A DNA stretch of 64,000 bases from Candidatus Marinacidobacterales bacterium (GCA_965226495.1 OZ245365.1:3232001-3296000); one strand, 5' to 3'. Counted from the stretch's first letter, positions 18,979 through 28,488 are shown. Program-made: numbers and translations. Notes: a model not told the origin generated them from the sequence alone.

Positions 18979-21636
18979 ATGCAATTGAAGCACGGTCACA
19001 AGCTCGGAAGCTTCGAGATCATCCGGCTCTTAGGTAAGGGCGGGATGGGAGAGGTCTACGAGGCAAGGGACGTACGCCTTGATCGAGCTGTGGCGATCAA
19101 GGTCTTGCCTGCGGAGCTCTCCGGCGACGCGGAGCGACGCGATCGCTTCAAGCGCGAAGCCAAAGCCGTCGCCAGCTTGAACCATTCTCATATCTGCACG
19201 CTTCACGACGTCGGCGACCATGACGGTATCCACTTCCTGGTCATGGAGCTCATCGAAGGCGAGACGCTCGCCGAGCGGCTCGAAAGAGGCGCTCTTCCGC
19301 TCGACCAGGCGCTTCGCTCCGCGACGGAGATGGCCGACGCCCTCGACAAGGCCCACCGCAAGGGGATCGTTCATCGAGACCTGAAACCGGGAAACGTCAT
19401 GCTCACCAAGGCGGGCGTGAAGTTACTCGACTTCGGCTTGGCCAAGCTGACGCAGTCGGGGGCCGAGGGTCACTCGCCTCTTTCCGAGCTCCCAACGCAG
19501 CAGAAGGCGCTGACTGCCGACGGTGCCATCATAGGCACCTTCCAGTACATGGCACCGGAGCAACTAGAGGGAAAGGAAGTCGACACACGGACTGATGTGT
19601 TCGCGTTCGGTGTCACCCTTTACGAGATGCTGGCCGGTAAGCGTCCGTTCGAGGGAAAGAGTGCTGCGAGTCTCATCGCCGCCATCATCGAGCGGGAGCC
19701 GCGCCCTCTAAAAGAGATTGACGACGCGACACCGGCAGCACTGTCGCAATTGATCGAAGGATGTTTGGCAAAAGACCCCGAGGATCGCTGGCAAAGCATG
19801 GCGGATGTGACACGCCAGCTTCGATGGATCGAAACCGGGCCCGACATCGACGCCACCTCGAAGCAGACCCAGAAAATGAGCGTCCTGCCATACGCCCTGC
19901 TCACGGGGGCAGCGGTCATCGTGGCGGCTCTCGCCGGGCTTTGGATCGGCCGGTCCGACGAGGTACCCAGATCGCCGAGTCGGTTCGTCATCCCCTTTCC
20001 CGCTGGGGACGAACCTTCGACTGCAGAGCGGTCGATCGCACTTTCCCCCGACGGCACACTCCTCGTCTACGCGGCTATCCGGGACGGAATGTCCCGCCTC
20101 TTCGTGCGCCCCCTGGATCGCCTCGACGCCACACCGATTCCCGGCACCGAGGGCGCTCGGGGTCCTTTCTTTTCTCCCGACGGGAAGTGGGTGGCTTTCT
20201 TTACTGGCAATCAGCTCAAGAAGGTCAATCTCGAGGGCGGGCCACCCATCGCCATCGCTGACGCGATCCTCTCCCAAGGGGGCGGCGGCATTTGGAGTCC
20301 TCTCGGAGAGATTCTGTTCTCTACTGGGATAGGCTCGGGTTTGCTTCGGGTCTCCGAGACTGGCGGAGTCGCCGAAGTCCTGACGACTCCGGAAAAGGAT
20401 GAAGGGAAGCACGACAATCCTCACATTCTCCCTGACAATCAACACGTTCTCTTCACGGTCGGGGTTGGCGGTGAATCCATGCGCGTCGCGCTTCTGTCAT
20501 TAGAGACCCAAGAATGGAAGGCTCTCGATCTCGGTAATGTTCCTCATGCCACCTTTGCACCTTCCGGACACCTCGTCTTTGCCCGTCCGGGTGGCCTGTA
20601 CGCGGCACCCTTCGATGTGGAGAAGCGCGCGCTAACTGGGCCTCCGGTCCCGGTCCTCCAAAACGTTGCAATAGATTTCGGTTCAGGAAGCGCCCACTAT
20701 TCGATTTCGAAGAACGGGACGCTGGCCTTCGTACCCTCGCGCGCTGAGAATCGTTTGGTGTGGGTCAATCGTCGGGGAGACTCAAGACCGCTCCTCGAAG
20801 AACCGCGCATGTATCTTACACCCCGTCTTTCCCCTGATGGACGCCGTCTGGCGGTGGTCGTGCGTGACGTCAGCAGCGGCCGCCGCGACATCTGGGTGAA
20901 GGATTTGACCCGAGACACGTTCACACGGTTGACCCAGCCCAACCTGGAGTTTGCTCATGAGCCAGCCTGGTCGCCCGACGGTACGCAGATCGCGTTTGCG
21001 GGTCGTAAGCTAGGCTCAGACCTCAACCGGAACGTCTTCGTTGCCTTTGTAGACGGTACGGGAGAACCTCGGCGACTCACGGCAAACGCCGTGACAACGG
21101 TTCCGACATCCTGGTCGCGCGATGGCAATCTGATTTTTTTCCAGCAACAGTCCGACGTTGGAGTTCTTCGAGTCGACGAGCCGGAGTCAGAAAAGATGTT
21201 GCTCGACAGCCCTCCCAACGAAATAGAAGCGACCCTTTCTCCAAACGGCCGGTGGCTCGCGTACACGTCGAACGAAAGTGGAAGATATGAAGTCTACGTA
21301 ACGGACTTCCCTGCGCTCGACCAGCGCTGGCAGATATCGGTGAACGGAGGCAAAGAAGCTCTGTGGGCGGCCAACGGTCGCGAGCTCTTCTACCGCAGTG
21401 GGGACCGGATGATGGTTGTCCAGATCACCTCCGGCAGTGGCTTCACCCCCTCGAAGCCAGCGATTCTCTTCGAGGGCCCCTACGCGGTCGATCCCGTAGG
21501 CCAGGACGCAGTCAACTACGATGTCACCGCGGATGGCCAGGAGTTTGTTATGGTCGAAGAGGACCGCCTCGCGCCCGGCGTGGTTGTCGTACTGAACTGG
21601 ACCGAAGAGCTCAAGCGCCTCGTCCCTATTGAGTGA
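18979..21636 (+). CDS. Ser/Thr protein kinase with TM helix and TolB-like (PD40) beta-propeller
   Basis: GKGGMGEV, HRDLKPGN, DFGLAK, YMAPEQ; repeated SPDG blades. Confidence 0.9.
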   Translation: MQLKHGHKLGSFEIIRLLGKGGMGEVYEARDVRLDRAVAIKVLPAELSGDAERRDRFKREAKAVASLNHSHICTLHDVGDHDGIHFLVMELIEGETLAERLERGALPLDQALRSATEMADALDKAHRKGIVHRDLKPGNVMLTKAGVKLLDFGLAKLTQSGAEGHSPLSELPTQQKALTADGAIIGTFQYMAPEQLEGKEVDTRTDVFAFGVTLYEMLAGKRPFEGKSAASLIAAIIEREPRPLKEIDDATPAALSQLIEGCLAKDPEDRWQSMADVTRQLRWIETGPDIDATSKQTQKMSVLPYALLTGAAVIVAALAGLWIGRSDEVPRSPSRFVIPFPAGDEPSTAERSIALSPDGTLLVYAAIRDGMSRLFVRPLDRLDATPIPGTEGARGPFFSPDGKWVAFFTGNQLKKVNLEGGPPIAIADAILSQGGGGIWSPLGEILFSTGIGSGLLRVSETGGVAEVLTTPEKDEGKHDNPHILPDNQHVLFTVGVGGESMRVALLSLETQEWKALDLGNVPHATFAPSGHLVFARPGGLYAAPFDVEKRALTGPPVPVLQNVAIDFGSGSAHYSISKNGTLAFVPSRAENRLVWVNRRGDSRPLLEEPRMYLTPRLSPDGRRLAVVVRDVSSGRRDIWVKDLTRDTFTRLTQPNLEFAHEPAWSPDGTQIAFAGRKLGSDLNRNVFVAFVDGTGEPRRLTANAVTTVPTSWSRDGNLIFFQQQSDVGVLRVDEPESEKMLLDSPPNEIEATLSPNGRWLAYTSNESGRYEVYVTDFPALDQRWQISVNGGKEALWAANGRELFYRSGDRMMVVQITSGSGFTPSKPAILFEGPYAVDPVGQDAVNYDVTADGQEFVMVEEDRLAPGVVVVLNWTEELKRLVPIE

Positions 21637-21808
21637 TCCGGATCACACTTCCTGAAAATTCGATTTTCTTCCATAATAGATTATGTTAGGTTCACTGTAC
21701 GCTGTGACGGGAGTCGAAGACTCCGAGTGCGCCGTTCGCAGCTCCTACGAAGAACTGGTCTACCCCAGACGCGCCGCACTCGTGGTCGGACCGAAGCCCT
21801 TTTAAGTC

Positions 21809-22408
21809 ATGAGAACTCTTCTCGACGTAATCCAGGAGTGGGCCGCACTCAACGACGCCAAGACGATCGCAGGCGGCACGTTGCCCCCGCCGGGTGAGAA
21901 ACGCTGGGAAGAGCTGAGGTCGTTTTATGAATTTGTCATGGCGCAAGAAGGGCTTTGCGAAAAGCCAGCGAGTCGTTTCTCTGCCGACGACATCCGCAGC
22001 ACTGTGACGACGCGGGATCGCCTTCGTGTGAACACCGACATGGAAATCGTGGTCATCGAGAACGGGACCGTCGAGCGCGCCCAAGTAGGCAACCTGAGCT
22101 GCGGAGGTGTGCTTCTTCTATGCGACACACCCTTCGATAAAGGTAAGGGAGTGACCGTCCAACTCGCCAGCGTCACGCGGGGCGCGGGAGTTCTGCCCGC
22201 CGAGAGTGAGATTGTGTGGCTCGTCGATCAAGGGGGTTCCGAACTGACCTTCCGCTACAAGATGGGGGCCCGTTTCCTCGATCTGGGACACACCGAGCGC
22301 AACAGCCTGGACTACTTCGTGGTGGACAGCCTCGAGAACAAGCTGCTCTCGCTACGCCGTGACGCCTTGGACCCGGAGTTCCTTCTCCGAGAACAAATCG
22401 TACTGTAG
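21809..22408 (+). CDS. PilZ-domain protein
   Basis: RDRLR (RxxxR) and NLSCGG (D/NxSxxG) c-di-GMP-binding motifs. Confidence 0.7.
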   Translation: MRTLLDVIQEWAALNDAKTIAGGTLPPPGEKRWEELRSFYEFVMAQEGLCEKPASRFSADDIRSTVTTRDRLRVNTDMEIVVIENGTVERAQVGNLSCGGVLLLCDTPFDKGKGVTVQLASVTRGAGVLPAESEIVWLVDQGGSELTFRYKMGARFLDLGHTERNSLDYFVVDSLENKLLSLRRDALDPEFLLREQIVL

Positions 22409-22453
22409 AACTTCCCGCTGGACGTCGAGTCCTTACCTGCTACACTCCTCGCG

Positions 22454-22921
22454 ATGTCGCCTTTCTTGGGAGGAAAAGGGCTCGCCTGGGCAAAACAGAA
22501 CCTGCCACGGATACCGCTTCTGGTAAACCTCGCTTGGGGTCTCTTCCGGGATCCGAGGGTCCCGGTTTCCCTCAAGGCAGTCTTATTGGGCGTGCTCGCC
22601 TATGTGGCAAGCCCTCTGGACCTCATCCCGGACTTCATCCCAGTCCTCGGGCGGGTCGACGATCTCCTGGTCCTGCTCGCGGCCATGGAAATGTTCACCC
22701 GATTGGCTCCACCCGAAGTCGTGGCGGAGATCGAAGAGAAGTACCGGGAAGGTCATGGCCCCCTCCGCACGGACCTGGAAGCTGCCGAAAAACACCTGGG
22801 GCGGCTATGGACATGGGCGGTCCCGAAGGTCGAGCACCTAGCCCAGAAATACAAGAAGCGCGTGGACAACGAGGCATTCGTCCAAGACATCAAGGAAAAG
22901 ACCCCTCCCACACCCGCCTAA
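22454..22921 (+). CDS. YkvA/DUF1232 family membrane protein
   Basis: YVASPLDLIPDFIPVLGRVDD signature. Confidence 0.85.
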   Translation: MSPFLGGKGLAWAKQNLPRIPLLVNLAWGLFRDPRVPVSLKAVLLGVLAYVASPLDLIPDFIPVLGRVDDLLVLLAAMEMFTRLAPPEVVAEIEEKYREGHGPLRTDLEAAEKHLGRLWTWAVPKVEHLAQKYKKRVDNEAFVQDIKEKTPPTPA

Positions 22922-22979
22922 TCCCTTGCCTCGCCTCCGGGGCCGCGTTACAATCCTCGCCGATTTGTCCCCTTCGAGA

Positions 22980-24353
22980 ATGTTCAGAATGGCTAGCAAA
23001 GAGCCGGGAAGCGCGAGCCTTCGCTTCTGTTACGCGTCCATCTTTTGGCTGATTGTGCCCGGCGTTTTCGGCTTGATCCTAGCCACTTTCTTGTATGCCC
23101 CGGCACTGGCCGATCACCTCCCGCTTTCCATCAAACCGTATTTGAGCTTCGGTCGCCTGAGACCGGCTCACGTGAACCTCGCGATCTTCGGTTGGCTCTC
23201 GCAGGCCTATTACGCCGGCATTCTCTTCATTCTCCCTCGCCTCCTTCGCACCGAGCTTTACAGCGAGCGCCTCGCCCACGTGAACTGGTGGCTTTGGAAT
23301 CTCATGGTCGTCGCCACCCTCATCACTCTTCCTATGGGACACACGCAAGGCCGCGAGTACGCGGAGATGATATGGCCGCTCGATCTGCTGTTCATTCTCA
23401 ACATCGTGCTGTTGGCGATCAACATCTGGGGAACCGTTGCACGTCGTCGCGAGCCCAAGATCTACGTGAGCGTCTGGAACTTCATGGCGGCAACGATGGT
23501 AATGGTCCCAATCTACGCGGTCGGCAACAAGATTTGGGATCCCTCCGGTGCGTACTACGGCATGAACGACAACATCGTGAACTACTTCTATGTTCACAAT
23601 CTCTTCAACGCCTGGTTCACGACCGCCGGTATCGGGCTGGCCTTGTACCTTCTACCGAAGCTCACGGGCAAGCCGCTCTACAGCCACCGGCTCGGCCTCT
23701 GGGGACTCTGGAGCGTCTGGACCGGACAACATCACCAACTCTACAGCCCGGCACCGGATTGGCTGGAGTACCTCACGATCGTCTTCAGCATCCTGGCAGC
23801 CGTGCCGACGACGGCGTTCATGGTCAACTTCTTCATGACCATGCGCACCCGCTGGCACGTCGCCGCTCAAGACGTCGCGCTCCGTTTCTTTGCAACCGGA
23901 GCGATCTTCTGGGGACTCACCTGCGTGCAAGGCATCTCCCACTCGTTCCGAACCTTTTCGATGGTCGTGCATTTTACAAACTGGGTCGTGGGACACTCGC
24001 ACCTCGCCTTTGTGGCGTCCTACAGTTTTTGGGCCTTCGCACTCATCTACCTGATCGTGCCAACGCTCACCGGCCGCAACATCTATAGCAAGAAACTGAT
24101 GGAGTGGCACTATTGGCTGACCACGCTAGGCATGTTGATCTTCATGATCTCGATGTGGGTGGCGGGGCTCATCCAAGGACAAAACTGGTCGTCCTATATG
24201 ATCCCGTTTCTGCAAACCGTGATATCGATGAAGCCTTATTTCGGGGCCCGCCTGATTGGGGGCGCGATCGCCGGCATCGGGATCGCTTGCTTCGCATGGA
24301 ATATCTGGCGAACGGCGCACAGCGACACCGCCGTCACAGAGGGTAGACAATGA
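22980..24353 (+). CDS. ccoN: cbb3-like (C-family) heme-copper oxidoreductase subunit I with divergent active site
   Basis: SFGRLRPAHVN, GREYAE, YVHN, GQHH and GHSH supply all six His ligands; about 12 TM helices. Confidence 0.85.
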   Translation: MFRMASKEPGSASLRFCYASIFWLIVPGVFGLILATFLYAPALADHLPLSIKPYLSFGRLRPAHVNLAIFGWLSQAYYAGILFILPRLLRTELYSERLAHVNWWLWNLMVVATLITLPMGHTQGREYAEMIWPLDLLFILNIVLLAINIWGTVARRREPKIYVSVWNFMAATMVMVPIYAVGNKIWDPSGAYYGMNDNIVNYFYVHNLFNAWFTTAGIGLALYLLPKLTGKPLYSHRLGLWGLWSVWTGQHHQLYSPAPDWLEYLTIVFSILAAVPTTAFMVNFFMTMRTRWHVAAQDVALRFFATGAIFWGLTCVQGISHSFRTFSMVVHFTNWVVGHSHLAFVASYSFWAFALIYLIVPTLTGRNIYSKKLMEWHYWLTTLGMLIFMISMWVAGLIQGQNWSSYMIPFLQTVISMKPYFGARLIGGAIAGIGIACFAWNIWRTAHSDTAVTEGRQ

Positions 24354-24835
24354 GACCTAACCTGGTCTACCTTGTCGGCGGCTCCCTGGTCAGCTTGTTG
24401 CTCGGGATTATCGTCACCATTATTATCCCTGCGCAGGAACCGATCGGGCCTTCGCAGCTGGCCAAGTCCTATTCCGAAAAGGAATTGAGGGGGCGTGATA
24501 TCTATTTACGTGAGGGGTGCCACTACTGCCATACCCAGCAGGTGCGCGAGCCCGAGTCGGATCGCGGGATGGTGCGCCAGCGCGGCGACATCGGGCCCGA
24601 ATCGGTGCCGGGAGACTTCTATTATCAGTCTCCGGTTTTCTGGGGCACTCTCCGCCAGGGCATGGACCTGGCCCATGTCGCCTCGCGGAAAGGGATCGGA
24701 GATAACGTGGGCTGGCACGAGCTTCACTTTAGAAACCCTCGAGCGGTGTCGCCGGGAACGGTCATGCCGTCCTACGACTATCTGTCCGCGGAAGAGATTC
24801 AGGCGCTCACCGCATATATGTTGACGCTGAGATAA
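24350..24835 (+). CDS. ccoO: cbb3-type oxidase monoheme subunit II
   Basis: GRDIYLREGCHYCHTQQVR, WGT.RQGMDL, PRAVSPGTVMPSY. Overlaps the ccoN stop (ATGA). Confidence 0.9.
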   Translation: MRPNLVYLVGGSLVSLLLGIIVTIIIPAQEPIGPSQLAKSYSEKELRGRDIYLREGCHYCHTQQVREPESDRGMVRQRGDIGPESVPGDFYYQSPVFWGTLRQGMDLAHVASRKGIGDNVGWHELHFRNPRAVSPGTVMPSYDYLSAEEIQALTAYMLTLR

Positions 24836-24839
24836 GTCT

Positions 24840-24992
24840 ATGGTCTTCCCCGCAACCTGGCTGGTGCTAGCGACAGTGGCTATCATCTTGGTGCTCTTCG
24901 GCCTCGGCTACTACTGGGCGCGCAGTAACGGGCAGTTGGACGACATCGAGGCGGCGAAGTACACCATGCTCGAAGACGACGAGTCTGAATGA
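24840..24992 (+). CDS. ccoS: cbb3-type oxidase assembly protein CcoS (50 aa, not in the ORF track)
   Basis: Hand translation MVFPATWLVLATVAIILVLFGLGYYWARSNGQLDDIEAAKYTMLEDDESE; WA..NGQ.DD.E motif. Confidence 0.8.
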   Translation: MVFPATWLVLATVAIILVLFGLGYYWARSNGQLDDIEAAKYTMLEDDESE

Positions 24993-25243
24993 TGAGCTCT
25001 GAAGGAGCACGGGAAGTGCCGCCGGGTCACGACGATTTCGGGGGTGAGATCCTGGTGGCCAACGGCAAACCGCCCCGCTGGGTCACGAAACTACCTTATG
25101 TCGCGATGGTCTGCGCACTCGGGTATTACGCGATGGTCGGGGCCGCCGACCCGGTCAACCTAGCGTTCGCGTCACTGTTCGTAATTTGGTTTATCTACAC
25201 TCCGATCGCCCAGAAGAAGGGCTGGTTCTTTATTCCGATGTGA
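24989..25243 (+). CDS. Small membrane protein resembling the CcoP N-terminus, with no heme c motif
   Basis: GHDDFGGEILVANGKPPRW resembles CcoP GHxWDGIxExxNPxPRW; two TM helices; translationally coupled to ccoS. Confidence 0.6.
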   Translation: MMSSEGAREVPPGHDDFGGEILVANGKPPRWVTKLPYVAMVCALGYYAMVGAADPVNLAFASLFVIWFIYTPIAQKKGWFFIPM

Positions 25244-25348
25244 CATGCCGAGGGGAGGTGTCATCGATCGACTAAGTTGAGCGACGTTCCTTAGTTTGAC
25301 CCATCACTTTTCACTTTCACATACCTATTGAAACTGGAGGGCAACAAA

Positions 25349-25783
25349 ATGGCGGACAGAGCCGAACAAGCAAACAAGTACATGGAAGATAAGATGTTTT
25401 TCACCCCCCGCATGTTCAAAGTAACCAACACGCTGGCGCCGGAAGTCGGGGAGCGTTTCGCCGATTTCTACGAGTCGGTGTGGGCCGACGGCAACCTGTC
25501 CCGCAAGATCAAAGAGCTGATGTTCGTCTCCATTGGCGTGGCCTATATGTCGCCGCGGTGCATCATCCACGTTCAGCCCGCCATCAAGGCCGGTGCGACG
25601 GACGGCGAGATCTTCGAGGCGGTGTCAGTCGGTATGCTGGCAGCCGGGTTCGTGCCTGGTGGACCAGGCATTCCCTACGCCTTCGAGTATGCCGCCAAGA
25701 CGTTGGACATTGCAGCCAAGATCCGCAAGGGCGAAGACTTCGAGTATCTCCCTGGCCCCAAGTTCGACAAGGGCGTCTACTAA
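25349..25783 (+). CDS. Carboxymuconolactone decarboxylase (CMD/AhpD-like) family protein
   Basis: DGNLSRKIKELMFVSIGV...CIIH...AIKAGATDGEIFEA; GGAGG RBS. Confidence 0.85.
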   Translation: MADRAEQANKYMEDKMFFTPRMFKVTNTLAPEVGERFADFYESVWADGNLSRKIKELMFVSIGVAYMSPRCIIHVQPAIKAGATDGEIFEAVSVGMLAAGFVPGGPGIPYAFEYAAKTLDIAAKIRKGEDFEYLPGPKFDKGVY

Positions 25784-25861
25784 GAACAACCGTCTCTGCG
25801 CAGACGGGGGTCGACAAACCTAGGGCTCCCGTCTGCCTTCTCTTCTAGGACAGAACAACAC

Positions 25862-26680
25862 ATGAGTGTGCAGGGGTTCCCGAATGACCGTCTGCTAGTG
25901 GGCACGGCATGGCTGGCCGACCAATTGAACGATGCCGATTTGCGCTTGGTGGAAGTGACTGCGCCCGGCGCCGGATACAAGTTCGGGCATGTCGCAGGCG
26001 CCGTCTATCTGAATGTCGACGATCTGTTGACGGGAAAAGCCACCGGAGTCGAGCGAACGGTGGGCCCCATCGAAGAAGTGGCCGTCGTCCTCGGCGGACT
26101 GGGCCTTTCCCGAGACAAGAAAATCGTCGTTTACGACGAGTGCGACGAACGCATCGGGGGAACCCGAGCCTCACAACTTTTTTGGCTCTTGGAGTACTTG
26201 GGCTGTGAGCAGGTGCACTTGCTGGAAGGCGGCATCGAACGTTGGCTCGCCGAAAACCGCCCCACGACGGGCGAGACGCCCGACGTTCAAAAGGCCACGT
26301 TTACTCCCGCGATTCGTGAAGAGCGTCTCGCGACCGCGGATTGGATCGTGGAGCACCTGGAGAATTCAGATGTATCGGTCATAGACGCGCGAGCACCCGA
26401 GGAATACGAGGACGGCCATATCCCAGGGGCCGCGAATCGGTCCTGGGACAAGACCTTAACGCGAAAAGCCTACCAAGCGTTTCGATCCGCCGAAGAGCTT
26501 AGAGGCGAGTTCGCCGAGTTGGGTGCAACCGAAGACAAAGAGGTTGTCGCCTACTGCATGACGGGCGCGCGCTCCTCTCACATCTACCTGACGCTACGTC
26601 TATTGGGTTACACTCGGGTCCGGAACTATGACGCGTCTTGGACGGAATGGGGGTCCAGACGGGACTTGCCCAAGGCCTGA
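25862..26680 (+). CDS. Two-domain rhodanese (thiosulfate/mercaptopyruvate sulfurtransferase)
   Basis: GHVAGA, DAR..EEY..GHIPGA, active loop YCMTGARS, YDASWTEWG. Confidence 0.9.
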   Translation: MSVQGFPNDRLLVGTAWLADQLNDADLRLVEVTAPGAGYKFGHVAGAVYLNVDDLLTGKATGVERTVGPIEEVAVVLGGLGLSRDKKIVVYDECDERIGGTRASQLFWLLEYLGCEQVHLLEGGIERWLAENRPTTGETPDVQKATFTPAIREERLATADWIVEHLENSDVSVIDARAPEEYEDGHIPGAANRSWDKTLTRKAYQAFRSAEELRGEFAELGATEDKEVVAYCMTGARSSHIYLTLRLLGYTRVRNYDASWTEWGSRRDLPKA

Positions 26681-26686
26681 AACAGC

Positions 26687-26713
26687 CCTGACAGGCCTGA
26701 CAGGCCTGACAGG
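26687..26713 (+). repeat. Tandem 9-mer CCTGACAGG x3
   Basis: Read directly in the intergenic sequence; each unit is palindromic around its centre. Confidence 0.8.
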
Positions 26714-26769
26714 GTGGACGCGTAACCGCGTTCCGAGGCCGGTAATTTCATTTTAGGAGGATTAGGAAA

Positions 26770-27942
26770 ATGGCAACCAGTCAACTACCGCTGTTCCCAG
26801 TTACCGTCGTGGGCAGCTGGCCAAGACCTCAGTATCTCTTGGACGCGCTCAGGAAGCGCCAAAAGGGGCAGTTGAGCTTCGAAGAGTTTCAGAAAGTCGC
26901 CGACAAAGCGGTGTTGGAGCAGCTACGCTACCAAGACGAGGCGGGTGTCGACATCGTGAGCGATGGCGAGCAACGCCGAGACAATTTCTACTCGTTCGTC
27001 GTGGAGAAGTTGGATGGCGTAGAGTTGATGACCTTGGCGGATCTCATGGATCACGTCGAGGACAAGGCGGGATTCGACTCCATCCTCCGCAGCATGGACG
27101 CTCCGGCCTTCGGTATCAAGAATCCCACTGTGACCGGAAAGATAAAACCCAAGATGTCGCTGGCGGTCGACGAGTACGAGTTCTTGAAGCAGCACACCGA
27201 CAAGCCCATCAAGATCCCTCTACCCGGCCCTTACATTCTAATCCGATCCATGTGGGTCAAGGGCGTCTCTGACAAGTTCTATCCCACTCAGGAAGATCTG
27301 GCCGTGGATATCGTCAAGATTCTGCGCGACGAGCTCATCGCCCTTCGTGATGCGGGCGTCGACTTCGTGCAATTCGACGAGCCGGTCCTTACCGACGTCG
27401 CTTTCAACCCAGCGGTGAAGGAACGTACTTTCATGTGCGCCTCGATGGCGGCGTCCTCAGGCGATCCGACTAAAGAGCTCCTGCTTGCAACGCGCATGAT
27501 GAACAGTATCGTCGACGGCGTCGATGGAATCCGCACCGGTGTTCACGTGTGCCGTGGCAACTGGAGCCGCAAGGACGAGGTGTTGCTCAAGGGAAGCTAT
27601 GAGCCGCTCGTCCCGACCATGATGGGAATGCATCTCGATCAGCTCGTCCTCGAGTACGCGACACCGCGCGCCGGCGAGCTGGCGGCCTTCTCACATCATC
27701 CCAAGGAAAAAGAGATCGGTTTGGGCGTCGTAAATCCTCGGACTGATGAGATGGAATCGCCGGACTCGGTAGTCGAACGGGTGAACGAAGCGCTGCAGTA
27801 CTTCAAACCCGAACAAATCTACCTCAACCCCGATTGCGGTTTTGGAACTTTCGCCGAGCGGCCCATGAATCCTGCCGACATCGCGGGCAAGAAACTCGCC
27901 ATTATCGGTGAGGCCGCCAAGAAGCTTCGCGCGAATCATTAA
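26770..27942 (+). CDS. MetE C-terminal-domain-only Zn thiol-alkylating enzyme (methionine synthase II / epoxyalkane:CoM transferase family)
   Basis: TVVGSWPRP, DIVSDGEQRR, VQFDEP; Zn ligands HVC(RGNW), LEY, NPDCGF. 390 aa with no N-terminal MetE half. Confidence 0.85.
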   Translation: MATSQLPLFPVTVVGSWPRPQYLLDALRKRQKGQLSFEEFQKVADKAVLEQLRYQDEAGVDIVSDGEQRRDNFYSFVVEKLDGVELMTLADLMDHVEDKAGFDSILRSMDAPAFGIKNPTVTGKIKPKMSLAVDEYEFLKQHTDKPIKIPLPGPYILIRSMWVKGVSDKFYPTQEDLAVDIVKILRDELIALRDAGVDFVQFDEPVLTDVAFNPAVKERTFMCASMAASSGDPTKELLLATRMMNSIVDGVDGIRTGVHVCRGNWSRKDEVLLKGSYEPLVPTMMGMHLDQLVLEYATPRAGELAAFSHHPKEKEIGLGVVNPRTDEMESPDSVVERVNEALQYFKPEQIYLNPDCGFGTFAERPMNPADIAGKKLAIIGEAAKKLRANH

Positions 27943-27960
27943 ACTCTTTCGAGAATAGTC

Positions 27961-28488
27961 ATGTCTGAATCGAGCAAGATCAACGGACTGGATATAGAGG
28001 AGACGCGGGAGGCCATCAAGACCGTAAGCGCCGCGCCGGGGGCGTCGAATGCCCCCAAGAAATCACGGTGCAAATGGCTCACCGGTCTCAAATTCAAGAC
28101 CTACGTGCGGAACCACGTCTTTCTCGTGGACGAGCCGGCGCACCTCGCGGGCGAGGATGAAAGCCCTAACTCCATGGAGTACGTTCTGGGCGCCTATGCC
28201 GCTTGCCTCGCCACGGGGTTTGTTCTCAATGCCAGCCAAAAAGCGATCGAGATCCACAACCTCGAAGTGGTCGTAGACTCGACCCAAAACAACGTGTTCA
28301 CGTTTTTGGGTTTGGGCGGGGAAGGGCACGCCGGGTTCGACACCATTAATGCCAAGCTCTTCGTTCAGGCCGACGCGGACGAGGCCACGCTCAAGGACGT
28401 TTGGACCCAGACGGTCGACACCTCCCCGGTGCACAACTCTCTGGCTAGGCCCGTGACCATCAAACCCGACATTGAGATCGTCCCGTAA
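27961..28488 (+). CDS. OsmC family protein
   Basis: DEPAHLAGEDESPNSMEYVLGAYAACL; terminal TSPVHNSL. Confidence 0.85.
   Translation: MSESSKINGLDIEETREAIKTVSAAPGASNAPKKSRCKWLTGLKFKTYVRNHVFLVDEPAHLAGEDESPNSMEYVLGAYAACLATGFVLNASQKAIEIHNLEVVVDSTQNNVFTFLGLGGEGHAGFDTINAKLFVQADADEATLKDVWTQTVDTSPVHNSLARPVTIKPDIEIVP

Noticed and set aside
22900-22990. FNR/Anr box upstream of ccoN
   Set aside because: No TTGAT-N4-ATCAA match was found by eye.
23045-24088. Long alternative-frame and antisense ORFs (this one, 30236..31096, 36965..37762, 54311..55249, 59507..60448)
   Set aside because: Shadow ORFs over well-supported genes in GC-rich DNA, with no recognisable motifs.
26681-26713. CRISPR-like or functional repeat
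   Set aside because: Three 9-mers with no spacers; a simple tandem repeat. No cas genes lie in the window.
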